DNA of 64,000 nucleotides from an uncultured Gammaproteobacteria bacterium (GTDB lineage: Bacteria; Patescibacteriota; Microgenomatia; Levybacterales; UBA12049): positions 362,667 through 426,666 of the forward strand of contig CAZKJM010000001.1 of assembly GCA_964553245.1 (NCBI GenBank), in the 5' to 3' direction. Positions within the stretch are counted from its first letter, which is position 1. Every line of letters begins with the position of its first letter. Below the pieces are notes generated by a model. The model was given only the letters and a program-made list of their open reading frames with translations, ran no database searches and had not been told where the DNA came from. The translations under genes and the position numbers were made by a program. Shown one piece after another: positions 11,035-21,421 of this stretch.

Positions 11035-11175
11035 CTATAAGTAAATATAATCATTTAGATTTAATCTGTTAGTACCTCAATAATAAAATTTGCATACTAT
11101 GCATAAGGTAAAAATATAATGCGTATAATGATTGACTGATTTGCATTTATCTATAACAAACGTTAATATAACCGC

Positions 11176-11699
11176 ATGCAAAAAAAATCACTTATTATCG
11201 CCTTAATTTTTATTTTGTTGTTTATTTTTTTGTTCTCTTACACACTGTCTTCTAAAGCAGCAAAGTTATCTAATAAGATTAAAAAAAAGAGCCTCTAGTA
11301 AAAATCTCTACTATTACTTTAACTCCAACTGCAACTCCTTCGCCAACACTAACCCCAATACCGACAATCACATTAACTCCAAGTCCTAGCCCAATTCCAA
11401 TAATGATTGCCCCTAAACAGCTCGAGGATCTTTTTGCAAAATACAGTAATGATTACAATATAGACAAAGAACTTTTAAAGAGAATTGCCAATTGTGAATC
11501 AACTCTTAATATTAATGCCATTTCCAATAATTATGCAGGGCTTTTTCAATTCTCCGAACAAACATGGATCAATGCAAGAACAACTATGGGAAACGACACC
11601 AATGTAGAATTGCGTTTCAATGCTGAGGAATCAATTAAAACAGCTGCTTTTTTAATCTCCAGAGGAAGGCTTAATCTCTGGCCAAACTGCAATAATTAA
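11176..11699 (+). CDS. Membrane-anchored lytic transglycosylase (SLT/Rpf-like) with T/P linker, split by a frameshift at the A8 run 11281-11288
   Basis: TM ORF 11176-11298, then -1 frame TPTATPSP... joins IANCES...GLFQF..TW domain. Confidence 0.7.
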
Positions 11700-12111
11700 A
11701 AAAATTATTTATTAAGCCCATATCTCCAAAAACAGCTGTTATGTTTAATCCACCGCTTGTAAGATTAATAGCTTTCTTAAGTTCATATTGACTAATTGTT
11801 TTGTTAAGTGGTTCCCTTTCGGGAATATTTCCTGTATAAAAACTTTTTAAAACAGGCAAAGCACGACCATCACCAAGTTGACCAAGTGCCCAAATTGCTG
11901 AATTTCTTGATCTAAAATCTCTTTTTTCGTCTTTGAGAAGATTTATTAATGATTCAACGCAATCGCCTTTGTATTCTCTTTTTGCATTTAGACACTGGTC
12001 TTTAACATCATAACCAATCCATGAACAACCAATAAAAAAGAATAAAAGAAAAATGCTTACGCCAATCGCTAAAATATAAAATATACCATTTTTAATTTTT
12101 TTAGTTTTCAT
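11671..12111 (-). CDS. Membrane-anchored HEAT-repeat protein
   Basis: AIWALGQLGD.RALP.L. Confidence 0.75.
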   Translation of the reverse strand: MKTKKIKNGIFYILAIGVSIFLLFFFIGCSWIGYDVKDQCLNAKREYKGDCVESLINLLKDEKRDFRSRNSAIWALGQLGDGRALPVLKSFYTGNIPEREPLNKTISQYELKKAINLTSGGLNITAVFGDMGLINNFFNYCSLARD

Positions 12112-12310
12112 ATACCTCTTCTTCGTAAATAAAAATATCTTCGATATTAATCTTAAAAAGACCTGCGATCTTAAAAGCCAATCCCAAAGACGGCGAATAT
12201 TTATTGCTTTCTATAGCAATTACCGTTTGCCTAGTTACCCCTATTTTATCCGCTAATTGCTCTTGTGTTAAATTATGCATAGCTCTGTAAACTTTTAATT
12301 TATTTTTCAT
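12101..12310 (-). CDS. XRE-family HTH regulator
   Basis: LTQEQLA..IGVTRQTV.AIE..KY.PSL. Confidence 0.95.
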   Translation of the reverse strand: MKNKLKVYRAMHNLTQEQLADKIGVTRQTVIAIESNKYSPSLGLAFKIAGLFKINIEDIFIYEEEVYEN

Positions 12311-12722
12311 TACCAGCGCCCCCGTATTTTCTATTTAAAAAAAAATAGGAAATGGCGTAAACTACAATTAAGAATAAAGTTAAATAAGCAAGTATCGTTC
12401 CTAAAGACTCTAGGTAAGTAAATTCTCCCTTGGCAAAAACCGGAGATAAGTCTTGATAAGGAATCAGTAATAAAAATGCACCAATACCTATAGTGGGAGC
12501 AAAAATTGCATAAGTAAGTTTTGCCGCTTTTTCTCTGATTAAAGTTTCTCGTTCATCTATTTTAATTTTAACTTTTGAACGAACCAAAATAAAAAATAAA
12601 ATTCCTGTAAGAATACTGACTAAAGTTAAAAAATAACTATTTAAATAAGTAGCAACAGTAATAATTGCGCCGATAAAAAGAATTATTGCTGATCTTAATT
12701 GCCTATACCTTTTAATGTCCAT
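12300..12722 (-). CDS. DUF2178 membrane protein
   Basis: DERE..I.EKAA; coupled to XRE gene. Confidence 0.8.
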   Translation of the reverse strand: MDIKRYRQLRSAIILFIGAIITVATYLNSYFLTLVSILTGILFFILVRSKVKIKIDERETLIREKAAKLTYAIFAPTIGIGAFLLLIPYQDLSPVFAKGEFTYLESLGTILAYLTLFLIVVYAISYFFLNRKYGGAGNEK

Positions 12723-12728
12723 TTGTCT

Positions 12729-12768
12729 AAAGTAACATATACTTTACAAAATGTCAAGTAGATATTAC
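12729..12768 (-). promoter_or_regulatory. Sigma70 promoter with two overlapping XRE-type operators
   Basis: TTGACA-17-TACTTT, ATG 6 nt later; GTAAcatatactTTAC 12732-12747 and GTCAagtagataTTAC 12753-12768. Confidence 0.65.
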
Positions 12769-12923
12769 ATTAAATTTGCCTAAAATTAAACATAAAAAGC
12801 GATTTACTCTATAATCAAATTAATAAACTTTCAAAAAAAGTAAAAGCTCTCTATGGATTTCAAATAGAAGATCATAAAATTGAATTCTTCGGAAAATGCA
12901 AAAATTGCAAAAAATTAAATTAA
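12768..12923 (+). pseudogene. 3' remnant of a Fur-family regulator
   Basis: H*ICLK...GFQIEDHKIEFFGKCKNC; no N-terminal DNA-binding domain. Confidence 0.75.
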
Positions 12924-14045
12924 ACCAGATACAATTATAACTCCCATCCCAAGCATAATAATCCCTGCAATTAAATGAAGTATTCTCAATTTGCTTTGCC
13001 TTATTTCTTCTGCTTTTTTCGGATCAAAACCTCTGTAAACAGCGTAGGAAATAAATACCATCGGGAAAATAAAGATTAAATTATATAAAACAAGATATGA
13101 AATTGCCTTAACTAACTCTGTTTTATTAGCCAACATTCCTAAAATAACTATATAAGGACCGCTTGTACACGGTAGAAGAAATAAACTAACTAAAAAACCA
13201 ATCATAAAAGCGCCTCTTGGGTTCGTAACAGAACTAATTATGCTTTTAAGTTTTGGCCTCCAAGATAAAGGAACTTCCATTAGAAACCCTTTACCGTACC
13301 ATAAATAGTCTTTAAGGTTAAGTATCCCTAAAATAATCGCAAGCCATCCTATAAATTTAAAAAACCAACCCGAAATCCCGCCAAAATCCAAGGCTTTATA
13401 GAAACCCAGTCCCATTAAAAAGTAAGAAATAAATATCGATAAAGAAAAAGCTAATCCTGCTTTAAGGGCATTTTTGGAATTTCCTGATGAAAGAATGGTG
13501 GTCATAAGTATTATTAAAACTGCAAATTCACAAGGGTTAATTGAGTCCACTAATGCTCCCAAAATAACTGCTAAAAACGTTAACCTATTACTATCTTTAG
13601 TGTCGGTATTTTGAACGGATAATTTAGTTGTGGTAGTCAAGGCTGGATTTCTTTCTAAGGTTGTTGTAGTTGTGTTAGATATTTTTTTATCTTCTAAAAA
13701 CTTATCCGCCTCTATAACAAAATTTTCAATTATAGGAGTATCGCCAATTAAAATTTTTTTACCAATAACAACTGCTGGAACTCCCCGATCATTTTGAGGA
13801 ATATTTAATTGATCCATAATCAAGTTAAATAAAATTGCATTTTCACGATTAAAATAAATCTCTTTTTTATCAACGTTATATTTTTCAATCAATTTGTTGG
13901 TTTCAAAAAAATTATCCACTTGAGCACAGTGTGGACAACCTGTTCCGTAAAAAAGATAAATTTTATCAGTGTCTTGAGCAAATATAGAGGATGTGGAAAT
14001 TAAAAATAAAAAAAGCGTAAAAAAAATAAATTTAACTATCTTCAT
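12915..14045 (-). CDS. Thioredoxin-like (CPHC) plus CcdA/DsbD-type TM protein
   Basis: GCPHC, DSINPC, LPCTSGPY. Confidence 0.85.
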   Translation of the reverse strand: MKIVKFIFFTLFLFLISTSSIFAQDTDKIYLFYGTGCPHCAQVDNFFETNKLIEKYNVDKKEIYFNRENAILFNLIMDQLNIPQNDRGVPAVVIGKKILIGDTPIIENFVIEADKFLEDKKISNTTTTTLERNPALTTTTKLSVQNTDTKDSNRLTFLAVILGALVDSINPCEFAVLIILMTTILSSGNSKNALKAGLAFSLSIFISYFLMGLGFYKALDFGGISGWFFKFIGWLAIILGILNLKDYLWYGKGFLMEVPLSWRPKLKSIISSVTNPRGAFMIGFLVSLFLLPCTSGPYIVILGMLANKTELVKAISYLVLYNLIFIFPMVFISYAVYRGFDPKKAEEIRQSKLRILHLIAGIIMLGMGVIIVSGLI

Positions 14046-14048
14046 GTT

Positions 14049-15188
14049 TTATTTTGTCTTAAGCTTATTCCTAGAAATATCAAAAACAATAACAGCGATA
14101 AAAGTTGTAATCGGAACTGCAAGTATTAAACCGATGCTCCCTACTAAAGTTCTAACAATTTCATCAGCTATTATTTCATAATTTATAATTTCTGTAAATG
14201 GATGGGGATTATCAACAAAAATAATAAGTAAAGGCAACGCTGCTCCAGTATAAACAAGCACCAAAGTATTAACCATCGATGCAATATGATCTTTTCCAAC
14301 GGTCATTGCTTTTTTATAAAGTTCTATATCTTTAAGATTTGGGTTTGCTAATTTTAACTGTTGAACAATTGCAGATTGAGAAATAGTAATATCGTCTAGA
14401 ACCCCCAACACACCGATGATAATACCTGCTAGAATAAGGCCTTTGATATCAATTAATCCTGGTTTATATGTCTGTAAAAAGCCTGCTTCTTCCGAAGCAA
14501 AACCTGTCAGCCTTGTTGCGTTAACAAAAACACTAGCCAGAATACCTGTTATTACTAAAGCAATCAAAGTCCCTACAATAGCAATTAATGTTTTTTTATT
14601 TATACCATGTGACAAAAGAAAAGTTGCAGGAATAATAATTAGTGATCCTAAAATCGCCATCTCTACAGGATTTCCTCCTGATAATATTTTTGGAATAATA
14701 AACCAAAAAATTACCAAAAAAGATATTGCCATTCCAATTAAAGAAGTAAGTCCCCGCCAACGACCAATAGCAACAGCCATAACTACAAAAATTAAAAACA
14801 ACCACAATAAAGCATTATGCCTTACATAATCAGTAATATAAAAAACATCTTTTCCTTCAGAATTTTTAGTATAAGCAATAACAAACTTATCGCCGGTATA
14901 ATATTTCTGTAAATTACTTATTGGTAGATTACCACTTTCAATAATTACCTTTTTGTCTTTTAAAGATCCTTTTGTTATTAAAACCTCTAATTTTTGGTAG
15001 AGCTGGGATTTATTCGTGCCAATGGGTGTAATTTGTTTTTCTTCTAAGATTTTTATCGCTTTTCCTTCAAGGTTCTCTTCTTTAAAAACATTACCAGTTG
15101 TATTTGCTTGCGCAAAAATAGGTTCGCTTAAAACAAAAAATGCTGTTATTAAAAATAAAATAGCTATAATTAATTTTTTAATTATCAT
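14049..15188 (-). CDS. YibE/F family membrane protein
   Basis: LGVLDDITISQ, HIASMVNTLVLVY. Confidence 0.9.
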   Translation of the reverse strand: MIIKKLIIAILFLITAFFVLSEPIFAQANTTGNVFKEENLEGKAIKILEEKQITPIGTNKSQLYQKLEVLITKGSLKDKKVIIESGNLPISNLQKYYTGDKFVIAYTKNSEGKDVFYITDYVRHNALLWLFLIFVVMAVAIGRWRGLTSLIGMAISFLVIFWFIIPKILSGGNPVEMAILGSLIIIPATFLLSHGINKKTLIAIVGTLIALVITGILASVFVNATRLTGFASEEAGFLQTYKPGLIDIKGLILAGIIIGVLGVLDDITISQSAIVQQLKLANPNLKDIELYKKAMTVGKDHIASMVNTLVLVYTGAALPLLIIFVDNPHPFTEIINYEIIADEIVRTLVGSIGLILAVPITTFIAVIVFDISRNKLKTK

Positions 15189-15463
15189 CTGGGTTCTATT
15201 TTTATTGCTTTGCCTTTAATAATTGCCTCTGCAATTTTTTTATTTGCACTATCCAATAACCTTGCAAAAGTAGGCTGTGATATTTTCATTTTTAATGCTG
15301 CCTTTGTCTGCTCTAAATCATCAACCTCATAAAGTTTTAATGCCTCCAGCTCATCAGGCAATAAAACAATTTCCTCAAGTTCCCGTAAAGGAATTCCTCT
15401 AGGTTTAAAATAAGTAACGTTTGGGGCAAAACACAAACATCTTGGTATTTTATTTCTTGGCAT
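15185..15463 (-). CDS. DUF134 DNA-binding protein
   Basis: FKPRG, DELEALKL, ISQPTF, GKAIKIE. Confidence 0.92.
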   Translation of the reverse strand: MPRNKIPRCLCFAPNVTYFKPRGIPLRELEEIVLLPDELEALKLYEVDDLEQTKAALKMKISQPTFARLLDSANKKIAEAIIKGKAIKIEPR

Positions 15464-15485
15464 ATTTTTATTATAATCTATAAAA

Positions 15486-15532
15486 TCCCTATCTTATCAT
15501 TTAATTTTAAAACCCTAAAGATAAGATAGGGA
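15486..15532 (-). terminator. 13-bp inverted repeat after DUF5320 gene
   Basis: TCCCTATCTTATC...GATAAGATAGGGA followed by T run on minus strand. Confidence 0.55.
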
Positions 15533-15537
15533 CTTTA

Positions 15538-15807
15538 TTATTCCTCTTTTTTTACTTCTGAGAGACTTTTATTAACGTCCTCCAACTCTTCTTCCAAGGC
15601 TTTTTTATATTCCTTAAGATCTTCTATCTCCTCATTTTTGTTTAAAGGAGCCCCCCAGCCGAAATACCTTCCCAAACCTCGTCCTCGTCCGCGGCCAAAT
15701 CTTGGACACATCCCAAAGCCTAATCCAAGACCTCTTCCGCAAGGGCCCATTCCTCTTCCTGTTCTTGGACCCATTCCTTGAGGTCCTGTTCCGTCAAATC
15801 TTGGCAT
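15538..15807 (-). CDS. DUF5320 Gly/Arg-rich protein
   Basis: MPRFDGTGPQGMGPRTGRGMGPC; AAGGAGGTGA SD places start at 15807. Confidence 0.9.
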   Translation of the reverse strand: MPRFDGTGPQGMGPRTGRGMGPCGRGLGLGFGMCPRFGRGRGRGLGRYFGWGAPLNKNEEIEDLKEYKKALEEELEDVNKSLSEVKKEE

Positions 15808-15993
15808 TTTACTCACCTCCTTTATGTATTTATATTGAATACCTATTCATTATAGCAAACTGCTTTTTTTTGTCAAGATAAAAATTAACTAAATACATCT
15901 AATTATAATTAGAATTAAAAATGAGCAATTAAAATAGTTTAATTGAATAAATTTATATATAAAAACTATTTCTCTTGTAAGCTAATTAGGGTT

Positions 15994-16317
15994 TTATGAA
16001 GTTTTTTTAGGCCAAAGGCTACCTTTTTCTTTTTTTAATTTATCTCCTACTTTAATTTCATTAAAAAATTTTTGACTGGTAGCAATATTATGCTCTTCAC
16101 CATTTTCAATTCTTACCTTGAAGAAATAAAAATGTTCTATTTTATTCGATGAACTATCTCTTTTAGTATTATGACCCTTATCGATTACCTCTCCAACCCA
16201 GGAATCCGATTTTGCTTTAAAGATTAATTTTCCAACCAATATAAAAAATCCGATGACCAATAACGCAAAAATGGCAAAGAAAACAATTATTGGTCCAAAA
16301 ACTACATATTTTTCCAT
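15994..16317 (-). CDS. Single-TM hypothetical protein
   Basis: TM, W.GEVIDK, VGDKLKKEKG. Confidence 0.65.
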   Translation of the reverse strand: MEKYVVFGPIIVFFAIFALLVIGFFILVGKLIFKAKSDSWVGEVIDKGHNTKRDSSSNKIEHFYFFKVRIENGEEHNIATSQKFFNEIKVGDKLKKEKGSLWPKKTS

Positions 16318-16585
16318 ATCTGTTATAAAACGATAATATTATACTCTGGTTTAAAAAGCAACTAATATTTATCTAGCCTTAACTAATTTTTTTACATTAT
16401 TTAGAATAATAAACACAGAATTTTAAATTTTCTAATCATTATTCAACAAAATTCCTTGCACAATCGAAGCTCTAATCATTACAAAAGTTAAAGCTAGCAC
16501 ATATTGCCAACGGTAATAAATAAATATTTATTACCTTATTGTATAAAAAAACGCAATTAAACCATTTCTTGTCAAAAAAGGTAAT

Positions 16586-17347
16586 TTAAATAAAAAGAAG
16601 ACTAAGTAAAACGATTGCCATACCGATAAACAACCCTAAAATAGCAAAATGTCCCTGGTTATCCCTAAAACTTGCAGGAAGCAATTCGTCAAAACTTATA
16701 TAAACCATTATGCCTGCAACGATAGAAAATATATACGCAAGTATATTTTGATTAAGAAAAGGTTTTAAAGCAAAATAAGCAATAATTGCACCCAATGGCT
16801 CTGCTATCCCTGAAATAAATGAGTATTTGATCGCTTTTACCTTATCGCCAGTAGCATGGTAAATAGGTGCCGAAACGGCAATTCCCTCCGGGATATTATG
16901 CACTGCAATCGCAAAAGCTAATAGAATACCTAACTTCAACTCGCTGAATGCGCTTAAAAAAACCGCTATTCCCTCTGGAAAATTGTGAATTATAAGTCCC
17001 AACGAAACCATTAATCCTGTTGAAAAAAGTTTAGGATCAAGAATGCGCTGTTGCTTACAAATTTTTTCTTCCAGATAATGATGTGGGAGAATAAAATCTA
17101 TAAGCCCTATTACAATAATACCTATGAAAAAAAATATGTTTGCATTAAGAAATCCTACTTCTTTTATCGCAACCGGTAAAAGCTCTATGAATGATAGGTA
17201 AATCATTACCCCTGCAGATAACCCGAGCATAAATCCAAGATATCTTCTTTTACAAAAATGCCGAAGATAAAGAATACTACCTAAAACTGTTGATAAACCT
17301 GCCAAAAAAGTCAGAAGAAAAGGAATAGCAATTTGATTAAGTTCCAT
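16586..17347 (-). CDS. zupT: ZIP-family zinc transporter
   Basis: HNFPEG, HNIPEG, DELLP. Confidence 0.92.
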   Translation of the reverse strand: MELNQIAIPFLLTFLAGLSTVLGSILYLRHFCKRRYLGFMLGLSAGVMIYLSFIELLPVAIKEVGFLNANIFFFIGIIVIGLIDFILPHHYLEEKICKQQRILDPKLFSTGLMVSLGLIIHNFPEGIAVFLSAFSELKLGILLAFAIAVHNIPEGIAVSAPIYHATGDKVKAIKYSFISGIAEPLGAIIAYFALKPFLNQNILAYIFSIVAGIMVYISFDELLPASFRDNQGHFAILGLFIGMAIVLLSLLFI

Positions 17348-17514
17348 TTGCTTATTATAGCAAAGGAATTATTGCTAAAACTAAGTATTTTAAAAGTAAA
17401 TTTTATTATGTAATCTTAAAAATAAGGAATTTAGTAAACACTATTAAGCAAAATAGAAAAGTGAGATGTTAAAATATATTTACATTAATCTTAACTAATG
17501 CTAGTTTTAGTATT

Positions 17515-18966
17515 ATGTATAAAAATTGGGTATTAAATATTTCCCTAGTTTTTTTAGTTATTTTAATGGTTTTCGTTTTGTATGTTAAGCTGGTAGATCC
17601 TTACTCACCAATTACCATTATCAAATCTCCTTTTTCAACAATTTTAACCAATGAAGAAATAAAACTTACAAAAAATTACGATCCTGTTTTTGTTTATAAT
17701 CCTTTTTCAAAGCTCATTACCTATCTAATGATGGGGGTTAAAATTCCAAGTTTTGCTTTTTTTCCAGAAGAAAAATTATTGGGCAATAATCATCAAATAA
17801 TTGAACAGATTCATAAAGAAAGATTCGATCCATCAAGACCCTATATAATAACAGGAGGGCATTTTTCGGAATTATATATTAGAAACTTAGGTATTTTCTA
17901 TGCTTCGCTACTAAATTCATGTACTGCATTAAGCGTAAAAGACTGGGAAAATAGACAACGAATAGCACTACAAACAATAGCTCTCGATCTTGAGCATTTT
18001 AAAACTACAAAAGAAGAAAACACAACAATTATTCCGTTGGGAGGAAAATATTTTACTTCAATAAACATTAATATAAAACCATCCGACTCCTTACATGCTG
18101 TACTATTTACGCTAGATAAATTTATTAATCCCGTTGACGATTGTTATAAAGGTCAAGCAAAAAACGAAGCTATAAAACTATTAAATGAAAACAAAAAAGA
18201 TTTAAATAGACTAGTTATTAATTACAAAAATTCAATTATTGATAAAAAAACAGGCTTAATAAGAAAAGACATTTGTCTATCTAGTGCCAGAGACGGAGTA
18301 AAAAGAGAATCTTCTTTCTACGATAATGTTATCGCATGGAAAACTTTTTATCTTGCTAATAAATTAGGGATTGCTTCTTTTTCTAAAGAGTACCTAATCG
18401 AGTTTAAAAAAAGAATAATAGACAACTTTTGGTATGAAAAGGATGGTATATTCTTAAACGATTTATCAGACGAATCTAAAAGTGAAAAAACATTCGGAGG
18501 AGATTTTACAATTGCAGTTACATCTGACTTCTTAAATTTAGAAGATAAAAAAGATAGAGATAAAATTATAAAACAAGTTGCATATGTTGAAAAAAATAAA
18601 CTTTCCTCCCCCTTCCCTCTAAGGTATGCAAAAAAAGATGATCCTAAAAAAATGTATTTTTTTGTTGGTAAGTTTGTTACTTCTTATGGTGGAGAAAGCA
18701 TTTGGAGTCACATCGGTACTGATTATATTTTAATACTTAATAAATTGTCTAAATATAATTGTGAATATAAAATATTGGGAGAAAAATATCTAAAACTTTA
18801 TTCTGAAAATATTCAAAGCAATGGTGGTTATCCAGAGTTATATGATAAAAAAGGAAATTTTTTTACAACTTTCTTTTACCGCTCTGTTTTACATTCCGGA
18901 TGGGTAGTTGGATATGAAAAAGCTGTAAAAGATTTAGCTATAAATAACTACTGCGAAAAAAACTAA
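17515..18966 (+). CDS. Membrane-anchored six-hairpin glycosidase-like protein
   Basis: HFSELYIRN, GGYPELY; family by inference. Confidence 0.5.
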   Translation: MYKNWVLNISLVFLVILMVFVLYVKLVDPYSPITIIKSPFSTILTNEEIKLTKNYDPVFVYNPFSKLITYLMMGVKIPSFAFFPEEKLLGNNHQIIEQIHKERFDPSRPYIITGGHFSELYIRNLGIFYASLLNSCTALSVKDWENRQRIALQTIALDLEHFKTTKEENTTIIPLGGKYFTSININIKPSDSLHAVLFTLDKFINPVDDCYKGQAKNEAIKLLNENKKDLNRLVINYKNSIIDKKTGLIRKDICLSSARDGVKRESSFYDNVIAWKTFYLANKLGIASFSKEYLIEFKKRIIDNFWYEKDGIFLNDLSDESKSEKTFGGDFTIAVTSDFLNLEDKKDRDKIIKQVAYVEKNKLSSPFPLRYAKKDDPKKMYFFVGKFVTSYGGESIWSHIGTDYILILNKLSKYNCEYKILGEKYLKLYSENIQSNGGYPELYDKKGNFFTTFFYRSVLHSGWVVGYEKAVKDLAINNYCEKN

Positions 18967-19234
18967 ATTTTTTTCGATGGGGTTAAAGTGGATTAATAAA
19001 CATAAAGAAAATTTTTACAATACAATTAATAGATTAACAACTTTATAAGCAACTTTTAAAGGAATTAAATTCCTTTAGTTAATTCATTCTAAATTATTAT
19101 GAATCTTGGTAGTGCTATAGTTTATTGTTTCCTCAGCAATATTTGCAATGTAACTCCTAATCCTTTCAAGACTATCTTGCAAAAATATATTAAAAGATGA
19201 TTTCTTTATTTGGATTTGTTTATAATTAATTTAC

Positions 19235-19570
19235 ATGACTGGAAAAATTCTTAAGAGAATTGGAATAGGATTACTCTTAATCCCTCTTGGTATTTTGCTT
19301 TTGTTTACATTCGGCGAGGTATTTTCAGGAGATATATCGGGGCTTTCCCATCTAATTCAAGCAGCACCATTATTATTATTACTTTTTCTTGCGTACAAAA
19401 AATCATTTATTGGCGGCTTGATTCTTTTACTCACCGGCATTACTTTGGGAATTTTGTATCCACTTAAAGCTCCTTTTGAACCACGAACTATTTTTTTTGT
19501 AGAAATAACTCTTTTTCTTCCGCCGGTTATTGCAGGACTTCTTTTGATTTTGTCTTCAAAAAAGAAATAG
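19235..19570 (+). CDS. Small 4-TM hypothetical protein
   Basis: Hydrophobic ORF; stop abuts the first junction site. Confidence 0.7.
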   Translation: MTGKILKRIGIGLLLIPLGILLLFTFGEVFSGDISGLSHLIQAAPLLLLLFLAYKKSFIGGLILLLTGITLGILYPLKAPFEPRTIFFVEITLFLPPVIAGLLLILSSKKK

Positions 19571-19597
19571 GCTTTGGATAAAGGATGTTAGAACCTA
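19571..19597 (+). repeat. Type A junction (degenerate, 3 nt short)
   Basis: GCTTTGGATAAAGGATGTTAGAACCTA. Confidence 0.75.
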
Positions 19598-20290
19598 TCA
19601 TGCTAGCTGCTTTTGAGCAGAACTATTAGATGCTTCCCATAATTTTTGAAACCATTTACTGTTTCTTTCTTTTCTTCTTGCTACTCTTCGGGAATTTTCA
19701 ATTTTCGCATGAATTGCATGCTCTCTTGGTAAAGATTTAAGCGCTTCTTCATTGATAAACATTAAGGGATTGCTCCTCCTAAGAGAAATATAATCACCAT
19801 CAGATTTTGAATACCAAACTTCTTCTTGATATTCAGGTGATTGAGGTGAATATTCTTTTAAAGAAGGCGTATAATATGTCATAAATTTAAGATCAATCTC
19901 TGTTATTTTATAACCTAAGTTTTTAAATTCATAAAGATTTCTTCTAAAAGCTAAGTATCCATTTTCCGATTCGTCAGAACCCGTATACACTGTAAGTTTT
20001 TCATACGGTTTGTTTGCTAAAAATCTCGCTGTTGCCTCTCTGGTTTCTTCGTGATTTTCTAGGCTCGATGTTCTATCTAGCTCTACTACTTTAATCGCAA
20101 ACTTCTTTTCATCACCAGGTAAATATATCCCCATCATCGCTTCCATAGGAATTGATCCTTCTCCTCCTGAGAATACTATTGTTGCATTAGTGGGATTTCC
20201 TGGAACAGTTTCCAATAAATTCCATAGAATTTGCTGATCTGGTTTTTCGATTTTGTCTTTGGGGGGGAATGTTAAACGCTCTGCGCTCAT
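19598..20290 (-). CDS. Cassette ORFan, 230 aa
   Basis: Long ORF; own TTGACA-17-TATTTT promoter; stop abuts junction. Confidence 0.75.
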   Translation of the reverse strand: MSAERLTFPPKDKIEKPDQQILWNLLETVPGNPTNATIVFSGGEGSIPMEAMMGIYLPGDEKKFAIKVVELDRTSSLENHEETREATARFLANKPYEKLTVYTGSDESENGYLAFRRNLYEFKNLGYKITEIDLKFMTYYTPSLKEYSPQSPEYQEEVWYSKSDGDYISLRRSNPLMFINEEALKSLPREHAIHAKIENSRRVARRKERNSKWFQKLWEASNSSAQKQLA

Positions 20291-20475
20291 TAAAAATTAA
20301 AATAACATTATAATTTAGCTATGTCAATAATGGAAATTATTGATAAAAATATTTTCCTAATGGCATCTACTCCAACAAAAAATTCCTGCTCACTAATTGA
20401 CTCCGGAAAATGTCGAGTGATGGTGAGATTCTGGAAAAAATCGAAGAGGAGAAAATTAAAAATTATTTATCCCAA

Positions 20476-21339
20476 TTATTTTCTTAATCTTCTTGAGTAA
20501 AAATTAGCAAGCCTAATTCCCGCAATAGATAAAGCATAAATCCGATCTGTTTCTGGAATTACTTCTATTATCTCGTCCATTTTTTGCATATCCCCCATTG
20601 CTCCTGCTACTTTTACTGCTCCGGTTAGATTACCTTTTTTTATTAAAAGATCAATTATCTTGCCTGCCCTTTGAGCATCGTCGATTATTGCTGCAGCTTC
20701 TCCTGCTATTGAATTTAGATAACCTTTTTCTGCTCTATCATACAATGCCGCATCTATTGCTTTAATTGAAAAGTCTTTATTACCTGACAATGCAGTTATA
20801 TATGCTGCTATTTCAAACTTTTGCATTCCAAAAAGTTCTTCTGCTTTTTTTGTTACATCCTGCGTATCACCAGTTATTCTACTAAGCTTTGCGCTTAGGG
20901 TTCCTGCATCAAGAGAAGTAGGAGATAATTGATTAATTGCTTCTTTAACAGATTCTGTATCATTTATTTCAGCTGCAATTGCTCCTGCTGTCCCTGCTCC
21001 GTGGACTCGAGAAAAACAATGTTCCATAGCAACTGTTGCCTGATCAGTTATTCCCAATAACGCTGAAATCATTCCATATTCATAGACGCTCGAACCCAAA
21101 TCTATGTCGCTTTGAGGATGAGCGATTTGTTTTTTTAGTTTTTTAAGCGTTTTTTTTGCTAAGCCTTTGTTTTCAACTGTAGCTGCAATAATTCCTGACC
21201 CTTTATAATATTTATTTTTAAAAAGATAGCCAGCAATTTCATTTAGTCTTTTCTTTACCGCTGACTCTTTACTTTCTATTTTTATAAAAACCTCTTGTTG
21301 TTCTGAAATAAAATTATCTCCAACTTGTCGCTCAGCCAT
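20476..21339 (-). CDS. Cassette ORFan, 287 aa, Ala-rich helical repeats
   Basis: Long ORF; TAGAAT 6 nt before ATG. Confidence 0.75.
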   Translation of the reverse strand: MAERQVGDNFISEQQEVFIKIESKESAVKKRLNEIAGYLFKNKYYKGSGIIAATVENKGLAKKTLKKLKKQIAHPQSDIDLGSSVYEYGMISALLGITDQATVAMEHCFSRVHGAGTAGAIAAEINDTESVKEAINQLSPTSLDAGTLSAKLSRITGDTQDVTKKAEELFGMQKFEIAAYITALSGNKDFSIKAIDAALYDRAEKGYLNSIAGEAAAIIDDAQRAGKIIDLLIKKGNLTGAVKVAGAMGDMQKMDEIIEVIPETDRIYALSIAGIRLANFYSRRLRK

Positions 21340-21383
21340 AAACGTATTCTATCAAAAAAAATATAATATATCAAACAATATCA

Positions 21384-21413
21384 ACTCCGCGGGATGGACG
21401 ATGTTAGAACCTA
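21384..21413 (+). repeat. Type A junction
   Basis: ACTCCGCGGGATGGACGATGTTAGAACCTA. Confidence 0.9.
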
Positions 21414-21421
21414 TTTTATAA

